64,000 bases of DNA from positions 16,033 through 80,032 of the forward strand of contig JAPOTS010000035.1 of NCBI GenBank assembly GCA_026709065.1, read 5' to 3'. The notes under the pieces were generated by a model. It was not told the DNA's origin, searched no databases, and saw nothing but the letters and a program-made list of their open reading frames with translations. Position 1 is the stretch's first letter. Every line of letters begins with the position of its first letter. This document shows positions 52,766 to 62,565 of the stretch, in pieces. Origin of the DNA: Bacteroidota bacterium (GTDB lineage: Bacteria; Bacteroidota; Rhodothermia; Rhodothermales; Bin80). Made by a program: the position numbers and the translations under genes.

Positions 52766-53420
52766 TGGTTGAGAGTACCTATCTCTCTTATATTCAGAAT
52801 GGCTTTGTCTACAGCATACCATTGATGAAGAAGGTGCACAGTTGATCGAGAGAGATCTCATCCTCAAATAGGTCTGTTGCTTGGATGATTTTTGAATCTA
52901 TTCTTTGAGATTTGAAACGAGAAATCTACTGAAGATCAATATGCTTCCTCATCATAAAGACATGAATTTTATTTTCGTAGTCAAATCTTTGTATACCGAA
53001 TATTTAATGAATGTAAGTCCATCAGAAGGGAAGTTTCAGAGTCAATGAACATAACTATTAAACATGTTACGATCTTGATATCAGTGCTTATCTCAGCATG
53101 TAAAGTAGATAGGTCAATGAGTTTCAAACTTAGCCACCAACACAATTCGTTTGATACCTCTGCACAATGCGATCAATCTGATAATTATATTCTTAAATAA
53201 ATAGACCGAACTCAATGAATTTTTCTGGGTTTTACGGTATGAATGACTTTGATGTCCAAGCACAAACTATCTAGTCTGAAATCAGTGCTATCATTGGGTA
53301 ATACAGGGTATCATCGTGGGTTGCCACATCATTGAAATCAGAATAAAACTGTGACTACATTCCATTGTTTGCTTGATAGGATGACTGATCGTTGAAGATG
53401 GATTATGATACATTATTGAT

Positions 53421-54923
53421 ATGCCAACTGTTAAAAATATTCCTCTCTTGGTAAAACGGCTCTGCCAGCTACCGGAAGAAACAGACTGGGTTGAGTTTAA
53501 GTCCAACGATGCTGACCCAATTCAGTTGGGAAAAAATATCTCTGCTATCGCCAATGCTGTAGCGGTTTCTGGAAGATCACATGGGTACATCATTTGGGGA
53601 ATTCATGATCATGATCACCGTATCATTGGAACAGCATTCAATCCAGCGACAAAACTGGTACAGAAGGATAATCTGGATCATTGGCTGGCAAATAGATTAA
53701 AACCATCGGTTAATTTACGTTTCTACCAAGAGAATATTGATGATAAAACTGTGGTCGTATTGGTGATTCCTCATGCCTTGAATCAGCCAGTGAGGTTTAA
53801 TCATGAAGCCTACATTCGAATAGGATCCCATACCAGAGATTTAAATCATTTTCCAGAGAAGGAAAGAATCTTGTGGCGCATATCTGAGAGTAGAATCTTT
53901 GAAAAAGCGACAGCGATTGAGTATGTAAAAGATAAAGATGTGATGAAGTTGCTTGACTATGAATTCTACTTCAAGCATGAGAAAATTCCCGTCCCCACCC
54001 ATGTACCAGCGTTACTTCAACAGTTACAGTTGGAGGATTTTATTCATCAAAGAGATGACGGAGCATGGGATATTCTAAATTTGGGATTTCTATCAATTGC
54101 TCATGATTTTTCAGATGCACCCTCATTAAGACACAAAGCAATCAGGGTTGTTACCTACAATGGATCGGGTAGGCATCATGAAAGTCGTCAGGAAGAGTTT
54201 ATGGTTGGTTATGCATCTGGATTTTCCAAATTCATTCAATTTGTTGATCATGTGATCCCAACCGATGAGACATTCAGAAATGGAATAAGGAAGCAAAGTC
54301 AACGATTTCCAATTTTGGCTGTTCGTGAGGTGATCGCTAATGCAATGATTCATCAAGATTTATCATCCAGAAATGGAGGACCAATTGTTGAAATCTTTGA
54401 TAATCGTATTGAAGTCATGAACCGTGGTATTCCACTAATTGATTGTAAGCAGTTTATAAATGCACCTCCGAAAACTCGCAACAAAACCTTGGCAACTCTT
54501 TTCCGTAGATTTGGAATGTGCGAAGAATTAGGCAGTGGGTGGGATAAGATCGTTGATGAGATTGAAAAATTCCATTTACCAGCCCCTAAAGTTGAATTGA
54601 TGGATGATTGTACCCGTGTGACCATTTATGCTTACCGTCCTCTTTCTGAAATAGATTTCGACGATCGGATTCGCGGGGTATATCAACACGCTTGTTTGAC
54701 GTACATTAGCAAAGGGAGGGGTATCACTGAATCAAGTATACAGCAGCGATTTGGCTTGAGTAACGAAGATAATAACCAAGTTAGCGAGTTATTAAGACAG
54801 GCTTTGGATGCTGGTGATATTGCCATTAAACATCCACATGTTCAGCAACCAGACTTGCAGTACATTCCATTTTGGGCGATTCAATCTGAAAATGATTACA
54901 TGGACCTTGCTACACTCAGCTAA
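53421..54923 (+). CDS. Schlafen/AlbA_2 (divergent AAA_4) domain protein with an HATPase_c_4-like region and a C-terminal wHTH
   Basis: N-terminal EETDWVEFKSN...AIANAVAV...GYIIWGI (AlbA_2). The middle has REVIANAMIHQDL...IEVMNRGIP (HATPase_c_4-type). Confidence 0.7.
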   Translation: MPTVKNIPLLVKRLCQLPEETDWVEFKSNDADPIQLGKNISAIANAVAVSGRSHGYIIWGIHDHDHRIIGTAFNPATKLVQKDNLDHWLANRLKPSVNLRFYQENIDDKTVVVLVIPHALNQPVRFNHEAYIRIGSHTRDLNHFPEKERILWRISESRIFEKATAIEYVKDKDVMKLLDYEFYFKHEKIPVPTHVPALLQQLQLEDFIHQRDDGAWDILNLGFLSIAHDFSDAPSLRHKAIRVVTYNGSGRHHESRQEEFMVGYASGFSKFIQFVDHVIPTDETFRNGIRKQSQRFPILAVREVIANAMIHQDLSSRNGGPIVEIFDNRIEVMNRGIPLIDCKQFINAPPKTRNKTLATLFRRFGMCEELGSGWDKIVDEIEKFHLPAPKVELMDDCTRVTIYAYRPLSEIDFDDRIRGVYQHACLTYISKGRGITESSIQQRFGLSNEDNNQVSELLRQALDAGDIAIKHPHVQQPDLQYIPFWAIQSENDYMDLATLS

Positions 54924-55545
54924 TGTATTAAAATCTGCATGACAATAGAGGTAACATTGCTCATTATCGCAAATCTTTTTATGATCGGTTATTTATTGAG
55001 CATATAAAATGGATGGATTTGATTACATGCGATCTCAGTTGGTGCGTTACTTACTACAAAACATGTCCAGAAAGATCATCTAATTCATTGGAAAGGAATT
55101 GAAGTAGTACTAAGAAATGCTTCCACATAGAGTAGGGTTATAAGCACTTCAAAATATGTATAGGTTCGGGTAGTTGAAAAAATAATTTGCTCTCATAGCA
55201 ATTCCACATTATAGACCGACGCTGGTTTTATGGTACAGTTCCAATATGGAAAAATCCACCATACAAGGTATTGAGTTCATCCGCTACTTAGGAAGTATTT
55301 CCGAAGCTTGTATGACTGAGATACACCCTAATTCTCCCAAATAGGGGCTAACTTCAGTTTGGAAATTTCACATTTCTGTTTCTTTCTTGTGTGTTATCTG
55401 GGTCTCTATCCAAATGATTCGTGTTAGAACCAAATTTAAAGGGTTGAAGAAGATTTTATCTCTCTTGTTATTCAACCAGTAATTATTTAGTTCAAACTGA
55501 TTCTATAATCACTCGATTCCAGATTATGTCACCAACAGTAAAGTA

Positions 55546-56499
55546 TTAGCTCTTGAGAGCATTAATGATTCGCGCTTCAGGGTTTTGATGAGTGTCAGGG
55601 GAAAATGTTAGCCCTGACACTTTCTCAAATAGTTCAATGTAACGTTCAGATACTTGAGCACGAAAGTCGTCGGGAAGGGCAGGGGGGAGTTGCCCGTCTT
55701 GACCTCTGAAACTTTGCTTCATCAGCCACTCCCGTACAAATTCTTTGGAAAGTTGCTGTTGAGGGTTTCCTTCCTTTAATTGCTTTTCATATGGCTCCAA
55801 ATAGAAGTAGCGCGAAGAATCCGGAGTATGAACCTCGTCAATTAACACCCAGTCCCCATCGTTGGTTTGACCAAACTCATACTTGGTATCAACCAGAATT
55901 AATCCCTGCTCACGAGCTAATTCCGTTCCCCTCCGAAATAACGACAGTGAAATGTCTTCTAGCCTTTCAAATGTTGTTGCTTCAATGAGCCCCTGATCAA
56001 TAGCCTCTTCACGGCTAATATCCTCGTCATGACCGACCTGCGCTTTCGTTGTGGGAGTGAGAATAGGTTCAGGGAGTTTCTCATTTTCAGTTAATCCGTC
56101 TGGAAGGGATTTTCCACATAGCGAGCGCTTACCTGTTTTATAAGTCCGCCATGCATGGCCTACAAGATATCCTCTCACAACAAATTCCAATTTCCCAGGA
56201 TCGCATTTGTGGGCGATCGTAACATTAGGATCAGGCACGCTTACAACATGATTAGCAATAATATCTTTAGTTACATCAAAAAAGTAAGCGGCTAATTGGT
56301 TCAGGACCTGACCTTTGAAGGGAATCGTCTGATCCAAAACTATATCAAATGCAGAGATTCTATCGGTGGTTACCATGATAAGGAGTTCTCCTTGATCATA
56401 GGTATCTCTCACTTTCCCTTGATACTTATGACCTAGTTCACTGTAATCAGTGCCAGTTAAAGTGTGATTTAATTGAGTGTTAATGATGTTTTGATCCAT
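55546..56499 (-). CDS. purC: phosphoribosylaminoimidazole-succinocarboxamide synthase (long form)
   Basis: GKVRDTY...TDRISAFD...LVDTKYEFG SAICAR synthase blocks. Confidence 0.9.
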   Translation of the reverse strand: MDQNIINTQLNHTLTGTDYSELGHKYQGKVRDTYDQGELLIMVTTDRISAFDIVLDQTIPFKGQVLNQLAAYFFDVTKDIIANHVVSVPDPNVTIAHKCDPGKLEFVVRGYLVGHAWRTYKTGKRSLCGKSLPDGLTENEKLPEPILTPTTKAQVGHDEDISREEAIDQGLIEATTFERLEDISLSLFRRGTELAREQGLILVDTKYEFGQTNDGDWVLIDEVHTPDSSRYFYLEPYEKQLKEGNPQQQLSKEFVREWLMKQSFRGQDGQLPPALPDDFRAQVSERYIELFEKVSGLTFSPDTHQNPEARIINALKS

Positions 56500-56501
56500 T
56501 T

Positions 56502-57542
56502 CTATTTAGAATTATGAGTGTAATTACTTGATCGTCTAATCATCAAAGTCGAAGATATTTCTTTATCAACCCTTGACATTACTGTGGGATGTTTCTGGCG
56601 ATAAATCAGGCGCTTGGCAGCAAGTAGACCTGTTTCTTCTATTTTCTGATTAATACTGCTCAAACCGATATAATAACTGGTTTTAATATCGTCATATCCG
56701 ATTAAAGCAATATCCTCTGGGACACGTAACTGTGCATCAGTGATGGCTTTCCAAGCACCAACTGCTTGAACATCACTACTGGCAATGACTGCGCTAATAT
56801 TCGGGGAGACTTGTAAGAGACTATTCATTGCCTCATATCCATGTTCTTCACTAAACCCAGCATGCTTGATGGTTGATCCGCACTGAATCAGATTAGAGTC
56901 AAATTTGACTCCAAAATGTTTCAATGCATCCTTATATCCTTGAATTCGTTGTAGCTGAACATAACCATCAGTATAGGCGCGGATCAAGCCGATATGTTGA
57001 TGACCGTTTTCAAGCAAGTGCTTAGTTGCTTGAAAAGCGCCATCGGAATCATTCCAGTAGTAACAATCAAATTCAGTGTGATGATTACCAATTAGGATCA
57101 CTGGTGCACTAAATGCTTTCAATTCTTTGGCTAAATGGGGACTTACTGGAATTCCAGCCAAGATCAGACCATCAACCTTGCCACCTTTTAATTTATCCCG
57201 CAAACGGTTAAGGGGGTTTTGACTTCCAAGATCAAACAGAAGAATATCACACTCATAATCAATGCTGGCGAGAACAGTCCGAAGCCCCTTAAGAAGCGAA
57301 TTATGGAATGCAGTCGTAATAGTAGGCGAAGCAATAGCAATGAGACTTGAATTTTGTTGCGCCAAAGATCGGGCTACCCGATTGGGGAGATATTTCAGTT
57401 CATCAATTGCCTCAATTACGCGCCTTTTAGTTTTTTCTGAAACGTCACTAGACTCGTTAAGTACTCTAGAAACAGTTGAGATCGCTACCCCTGCATGGTT
57501 AGCAACATCATATATTGTCACTGCTGGCTTATTTGATGACAT
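56502..57542 (-). CDS. LacI-family transcriptional regulator
   Basis: HTH TIYDVANHAGVAISTVSRVLN followed by a periplasmic-binding-fold effector domain. ATG 57542 is preferred. Confidence 0.85.
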   Translation of the reverse strand: MSSNKPAVTIYDVANHAGVAISTVSRVLNESSDVSEKTKRRVIEAIDELKYLPNRVARSLAQQNSSLIAIASPTITTAFHNSLLKGLRTVLASIDYECDILLFDLGSQNPLNRLRDKLKGGKVDGLILAGIPVSPHLAKELKAFSAPVILIGNHHTEFDCYYWNDSDGAFQATKHLLENGHQHIGLIRAYTDGYVQLQRIQGYKDALKHFGVKFDSNLIQCGSTIKHAGFSEEHGYEAMNSLLQVSPNISAVIASSDVQAVGAWKAITDAQLRVPEDIALIGYDDIKTSYYIGLSSINQKIEETGLLAAKRLIYRQKHPTVMSRVDKEISSTLMIRRSSNYTHNSK

Positions 57543-57637
57543 TAAGAAGTTAATTCTAATGATTGAAGTGATCACTGAGACTACATTACAAACAACTTGT
57601 ACTATATTGTATAAAAACCTGTTCTTATTTATTGATA

Positions 57638-58744
57638 ATGGCAAATGTAGTTTTTGAAAATGTCCAAAAAATCTATGACAGCAATCATGTTGCCGTAGAT
57701 GGAATTAACTTCTCTGTTGAGGATGGAGAATTATTGGTCCTTGTTGGCCCCTCAGGTTGTGGGAAAAGTACCACGCTCAGGATGCTAGCTGGATTAGAAT
57801 CTGTTACGAGTGGATCTATACTCATTGATAATCAGATAGTGAACCAAATTCCTCCTAAAGATCGCGATATTGCGATGGTGTTTCAAAACTATGCCTTGTA
57901 TCCTCATATGACTGTATATAATAACTTGGCTTTTGGGTTAAAGCTACGGAAATACCCTATATCTGAAATAAAGCAGAGGGTAGGGCAAGCGGCAGAAATT
58001 TTAGGAATCACTGACATATTAGACCGTAAACCTAAGCAACTCTCTGGTGGACAGCAACAGCGTGTTGCTGTGGGGCGTGCAATTGTTCGAAAACCCAAAG
58101 TATTTCTATTTGATGAGCCCCTATCAAATTTAGATGCAAAATTACGTGTGCAAATGCGTACAGAGATATCACGGTTACACCGAGAACTCAATGCCACAAT
58201 GATTTATGTGACTCATGACCAAACTGAAGCAATGACCCTTGGTAATCAAATTGTTGTTATGAATAGGGGAGTAGTACAGCAAATTGACAATCCAGTGGAG
58301 TTGTATCATCATCCACAAAACCAATTCGTTGCAGAATTCATAGGCAATCCGGGAATGAACTTTATCACTGGCATGATTGAAGAGATAGACAGCAAACAGA
58401 TGTTTGTTTCCAAAAATCGTGAGTTATGTTTGAGGATTTCAAAAAATATATACTCCCAAGATCATTCAAATGGTGTTGTACTTGGTTTTAGACCCGAGGC
58501 CATTAAGCCACTGAGGAAAAATAGCTCTAAACGGGGAGTTGGAATCTTTGAGGCAGAAATTACATTTGAAGAGCATTTGGGGTCAGAATCCTATGTTTAT
58601 GGAAAAACGCTCTCAATGACATTTATGTCAAGAGTTTCGGGGACTACAAATTTTGATATTTCAGAGTGTCGAATGTTTGAAATAGATGGAAAGCGAATTC
58701 ATATTTTTGATATTGATACGGGGCACTCTCTTCTTCACAGGTAA
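57638..58744 (+). CDS. ABC transporter ATP-binding protein, MalK/UgpC/MsmX type
   Basis: Walker A GPSGCGKST, signature LSGGQQQRV, Walker B FLFDEP and a C-terminal TOBE-like regulatory domain. Confidence 0.9.
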   Translation: MANVVFENVQKIYDSNHVAVDGINFSVEDGELLVLVGPSGCGKSTTLRMLAGLESVTSGSILIDNQIVNQIPPKDRDIAMVFQNYALYPHMTVYNNLAFGLKLRKYPISEIKQRVGQAAEILGITDILDRKPKQLSGGQQQRVAVGRAIVRKPKVFLFDEPLSNLDAKLRVQMRTEISRLHRELNATMIYVTHDQTEAMTLGNQIVVMNRGVVQQIDNPVELYHHPQNQFVAEFIGNPGMNFITGMIEEIDSKQMFVSKNRELCLRISKNIYSQDHSNGVVLGFRPEAIKPLRKNSSKRGVGIFEAEITFEEHLGSESYVYGKTLSMTFMSRVSGTTNFDISECRMFEIDGKRIHIFDIDTGHSLLHR

Positions 58745-58791
58745 GATTAATTGATAATGCATAAATAACTAAAATTTTTGATGATCAATAC

Positions 58792-59688
58792 TTATGAGTC
58801 ATCATCAATATCTAAATAATTTGATGAAGATTCACTTGGGCGGGCATGAGTATATTTACTGGTAGTTGTTAGAGATTTATGCCCCAGAGTTTCTTTTACC
58901 AGATGAATTGGTGCTCCATGATCAAGAGCATGAGATGCATGGGCATGACGTAGCCAATGGGGGGAGACATCCTGGTTCAGTCCAGCATTTTTAGCGGCAT
59001 TGCGGACAATTCTCCAAATTTGTTGTCGAGAAAGTGGACCTCCTTTACGAGATTTTAGGACTGGTTCATTAGGTTCTGCTGAATCGGATTCTGCTTTTAA
59101 TTTCATCAATTGACTCCATACGTTGGCAGGAATCAAAACGTTTCGGGTCTTATTACCTTTTCCGAGTAAAGTGACTTGTCCTTCGTGATTATTATTGCGT
59201 GGGAGAACTGCTCCCCAATAGAGGCGAGTCAGTTCTGACACTCGTGCACCTGAAGCGTAGAACAGCTTCAATAGAACAAGATCACGTAGCGATGATGCTT
59301 GATCAAAAATTTTAGTGACTTCATCCTCGGAAAGTATTCGTTCACTGAGACTATCTGGGATATTTGGCAGATTAACAGCGGCACCTACATTAAACTGTAA
59401 AAATCCGATCTTATGAGCGAAGCTGAATAAACTCTTAACTGCTGCTAATTTACGGACTTGAGTTGCGGGCTGTGTTTCACGATTTTTGAGATGATCCACC
59501 CATTCCCAAAAATGGTCTAATTTTACCTTGTCAAGTGGTAAATCAACAAAATCTACAAATTGCGCAATATCCCGAGAATAAGCCTCCTGAGAATGTATGC
59601 TTTTTCCCTGTAGCCAAAGACTGATTAGATGTATGTCATCATCGGCTTGGCTGGCACGTTTATCACTAACAGGGACTAACATATTCAT
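58792..59688 (-). CDS. tyrosine recombinase/integrase (phage integrase family)
   Basis: N-terminal SAM-like domain. The catalytic domain has ...GARVSEL..., HWLRHAHASHAL, LGHKSLTTTSKYTH (R-H-R-Y set). Confidence 0.85.
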   Translation of the reverse strand: MNMLVPVSDKRASQADDDIHLISLWLQGKSIHSQEAYSRDIAQFVDFVDLPLDKVKLDHFWEWVDHLKNRETQPATQVRKLAAVKSLFSFAHKIGFLQFNVGAAVNLPNIPDSLSERILSEDEVTKIFDQASSLRDLVLLKLFYASGARVSELTRLYWGAVLPRNNNHEGQVTLLGKGNKTRNVLIPANVWSQLMKLKAESDSAEPNEPVLKSRKGGPLSRQQIWRIVRNAAKNAGLNQDVSPHWLRHAHASHALDHGAPIHLVKETLGHKSLTTTSKYTHARPSESSSNYLDIDDDS

Positions 59689-59984
59689 TTTAGATACCTG
59701 TTGTGTGATGATTCACAGGGTTGATGAATGACATGTAGGGGAAACTTGGTCTGAATGAATTGAACGTGTTAGTGATATATGTAAACTTAAAAAACATGAG
59801 AAATGGCATGACTCTCAGGGGTGCTTTTGGCTATGATTAGGTAATCTTTCCATTGAGAACCCGTCTATATCTTTTCGCGTGTCTTCGCCTTTGTCATTTT
59901 TCACACTAAGTTGATCATTCATTCTACTAGAAAGCAAAACAGGTCGGGCATGGGAGGTAGCTACTTGGGTAGCAGTAGAATTTA

Positions 59985-61109
59985 CTAGCATTTTCTTTTC
60001 GCATATTCATCAATCAGCCAGTTGTGGAAGTAGGGGATCGGTATTCCATAACGCCCCCCTTTACGCTGATCTATCATTCCTTGTTCAAGTGCTCGGGTGA
60101 AGAGGTCATCTGCTTCTTTTTGATTGAGTCCGCTCTGCAGAAGGCTAGATAAGACGGCAGGTCGGGTCATAGTATCATCTATTGGAACATCCATGACGGC
60201 TTTTGCCAAGGCAAGGCGGTGATCCTCGTCAATATCATGTGCTCTCTGATCATAATACTGTAATCGAAATTCGTTGCCACTTTCAAGCACAAACTCTAAC
60301 CCTTCATCCGTCAAGCGATAGTTATTGGATTTAAGGCATTTTATAGCAGGCTTGATATAGGATATGATATGCTGAGGCCACCCATGCGTGTGCTCCGCAA
60401 TGGAGTCAATCCATATAGTCGGATCATCTACCGCTCCACCTGCAAGTGTGAGCCAATCTCGGATCACTGCAGACTCTGACTCTTTGTCAAGTCGACCAAG
60501 TTTCACGGTGCATCCTGTGACATACCGTGAAATTCCTAACGTTTTCAAGGCAGACTCGGTCGTCCCAAGTCCACCAGCGAGTAGCATGACTGGCCTTCTC
60601 AAGTCCCCATTATGAATTTGTTTGAGAATACTAATCACAACACTCTTCATATCATCGGGTACATTGCCTTTAAGTCCCAAGGATTGAGCTTCGTCCAAGA
60701 TCAAAAGTAGTGGCTTCTTCTGTTTCTGTAAGAGTTTAATGATTGTCCATACAGGGGCCTTAATCTCTGCACTTAAATTCGCTGGTCCAGCATTGTCTAT
60801 ATCACCCTCAATACTCAAACCACTGATTTGACGTTTACTTCTCTTCCTGAGATAGCGCAATAGTTCATTTGCATTCCAAAGCGCATGGGGATAGATGTGA
60901 GTGGTTTTCCATCCGCGTTTCTTCGCTTGCATTGATAGCACATCGAGCAAGGCCGTCTTACCCACACCCGGCGCGCCTTGGATCAAAAAGATAGTACCAC
61001 CCTTTTTTTTCTGAAAGATTTCAAGCGCACTATTGAACGTATCTATGATCTCTTTGCGCCCATGAAAATATTCTGTGGGTCCACGATCGAAAATGAAATC
61101 TGAGCTCAT
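59985..61109 (-). CDS. P-loop NTPase (AAA_16/Arch_ATPase-like) with a C-terminal wHTH-like tail
   Basis: FHGRKEII..., Walker A GAPGVGKT and Walker B LLLILDEAQ. The C-terminal helical region ends in GRYGIPIPYFHNWL. Confidence 0.7.
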   Translation of the reverse strand: MSSDFIFDRGPTEYFHGRKEIIDTFNSALEIFQKKKGGTIFLIQGAPGVGKTALLDVLSMQAKKRGWKTTHIYPHALWNANELLRYLRKRSKRQISGLSIEGDIDNAGPANLSAEIKAPVWTIIKLLQKQKKPLLLILDEAQSLGLKGNVPDDMKSVVISILKQIHNGDLRRPVMLLAGGLGTTESALKTLGISRYVTGCTVKLGRLDKESESAVIRDWLTLAGGAVDDPTIWIDSIAEHTHGWPQHIISYIKPAIKCLKSNNYRLTDEGLEFVLESGNEFRLQYYDQRAHDIDEDHRLALAKAVMDVPIDDTMTRPAVLSSLLQSGLNQKEADDLFTRALEQGMIDQRKGGRYGIPIPYFHNWLIDEYAKRKC

Positions 61110-61581
61110 GAACTGTAGGTTTACGATATCAAAGATAACTTAATGAACCGTCAGCCGATGGGTTGGTTCCAAGAAACTGGGAGACTAAGCCACATAGAAC
61201 GAACTGAGTTTAATTGATTAAGCGAGATGAAACGAAGTCTCCAAGATCAGCTAAGCCTAAGAAATCACAATCACTACTATGTTCTGGTAAGCCCCAGTGG
61301 AATTGCATCAATGCCTTAGCAACTTAAGGGTACCGACTTCTCCTCAGGCTCTCTTAGCAGTATTCCGACAGATGCCCACGCTCCGAATGAGTCACAAGCC
61401 ACAGTATAGTCATGTTTATGCAGGAGGCCAGTTAGCCAGTTATCAGGTACCTGCTAATCTTATCATGGAGTACCCTTAATTTCACGACGATTGAGTTTAA
61501 ATTATCCTTATTGGAACTTAGAAAGTGTGTGATCTTAAAAACCTTTACGGTTATATTTAACCATCACCCACCGAAGCCATC

Positions 61582-62100
61582 ATGACGAAACCACTTACCG
61601 ATTTCTCCAAGGAGGATTTGAAACATGCTTTGCAATGGGCAAAAGAGGGAGCATCATTTGATCATGTTAAATATGATGTACCCGAAGCGGCACGGGCATG
61701 GGTAAGTGAGCGAATTGAACTTGTGCGGGAGATGTTTCATGCCCAAAACGAATTCAGTGATCAGTGGCTACAGGGAGAGATCGGATTGAGCGACATTGAG
61801 CAGCCTTTCCGCGAAACGTTCACAGGTTGGATCCGCGAGGCATTAGCCTATCGTAAGGAATACTATGAACGTCATAAAGATAAAGGGATTACGGATTATC
61901 AAAGCAGGAAACGATCTAAAAAAGAATGTCAGGAAGCATTTGCATTCCTTGCAAGTGGGCAACCTGTGGGTCGCTTGAACGATCTCCCATCTGCATTGCG
62001 CACAGATGTGGATCTTGATTCTGGACTGGAAGTTCACACCAGACATCTTGAAAAAAAGAGAGAGATGCCGACTGGATTGCATCTGGGTTCTACCATATGA
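61582..62100 (+). CDS. hypothetical protein (172 aa)
   Basis: Clean ORF with an ATG start and protein-like composition. I recognise no motif. It is divergent from the ATPase gene. Confidence 0.4.
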   Translation: MTKPLTDFSKEDLKHALQWAKEGASFDHVKYDVPEAARAWVSERIELVREMFHAQNEFSDQWLQGEIGLSDIEQPFRETFTGWIREALAYRKEYYERHKDKGITDYQSRKRSKKECQEAFAFLASGQPVGRLNDLPSALRTDVDLDSGLEVHTRHLEKKREMPTGLHLGSTI

Positions 62101-62545
62101 GTCGGACAGAGAAGAATATTGACGCAGAGTGTATTGCGTCGGTGCAATCGGGGCTGGACGATTTTGTACATGCTCTTGAAAGGAGACTACACGATCTTGA
62201 CCGCCAAGAGATCGTACGATGAATCCGTCTAAGATCACATAATTCATTTGGATCGCCAAGATGCCCGTAAGGAGTTGGAAGCTCAATCCGAGAGGAAGTG
62301 GACCGATCAGAAACTGACCAGAATCTTGCAGGGTTCATTGCCCATCTCCATGAAGTTGATCAATTATCCAAGTCCACAATTGCTCCAACGATCGCGGGAA
62401 TCCGATTTGCATATAGTTACATAATAAAGATGTTTACGGCACCGAGTCCCAGATGGTGATCCGCGGAATTCAGAGTACAGGTAACCAAGGATGTGGGTCA
62501 CCCACATGCACTTATCAGAGCTTCATTAAATCGAATGTAACATAA
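62097..62545 (+). pseudogene. truncated and frameshifted tyrosine recombinase N-terminal region
   Basis: A 41-codon ORF (62097-62222, ATGA overlap) comes first. Two further frames read ...NLAGFIAHLHEVDQLSKSTIAPTIAGIRFAYSY... and ...SQMVIRGIQSTGNQG, which is the integrase N-terminal SAM-like domain pattern. No catalytic domain follows. Confidence 0.5.
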
Positions 62546-62565
62546 TTATCATTATGTTACATTCG
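62532..62565. repeat. perfect palindrome (15 bp arms, 4 nt spacer)
   Basis: cgaatgtaacataat-tatc-attatgttacattcg. On the minus strand it is followed by AUUUAAU and preceded by a start-less 46-codon ORF remnant. Confidence 0.85.

Noticed and set aside
58756-58766. The 11-mer aatgcataaat at 58756-58766 is repeated at 62948-62958, near both edges of the putative island, so it is a possible att direct repeat.
   Set aside because: An 11 bp AT-rich match between two ~0.5 kb AT-rich spacers is near chance expectation. It is not flanked by further similarity. I kept it only as a hint for junction mapping.
2698-62338. About 60 short track ORFs nested inside or antisense to long, well-supported genes (for example 2698-2964, 3941-4252, 8405-8785, 27286-27537, 49816-50087 and 57262-57657).
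   Set aside because: Each lies within a confidently identified CDS in another frame or strand and has no motifs. I treat them as chance ORFs.
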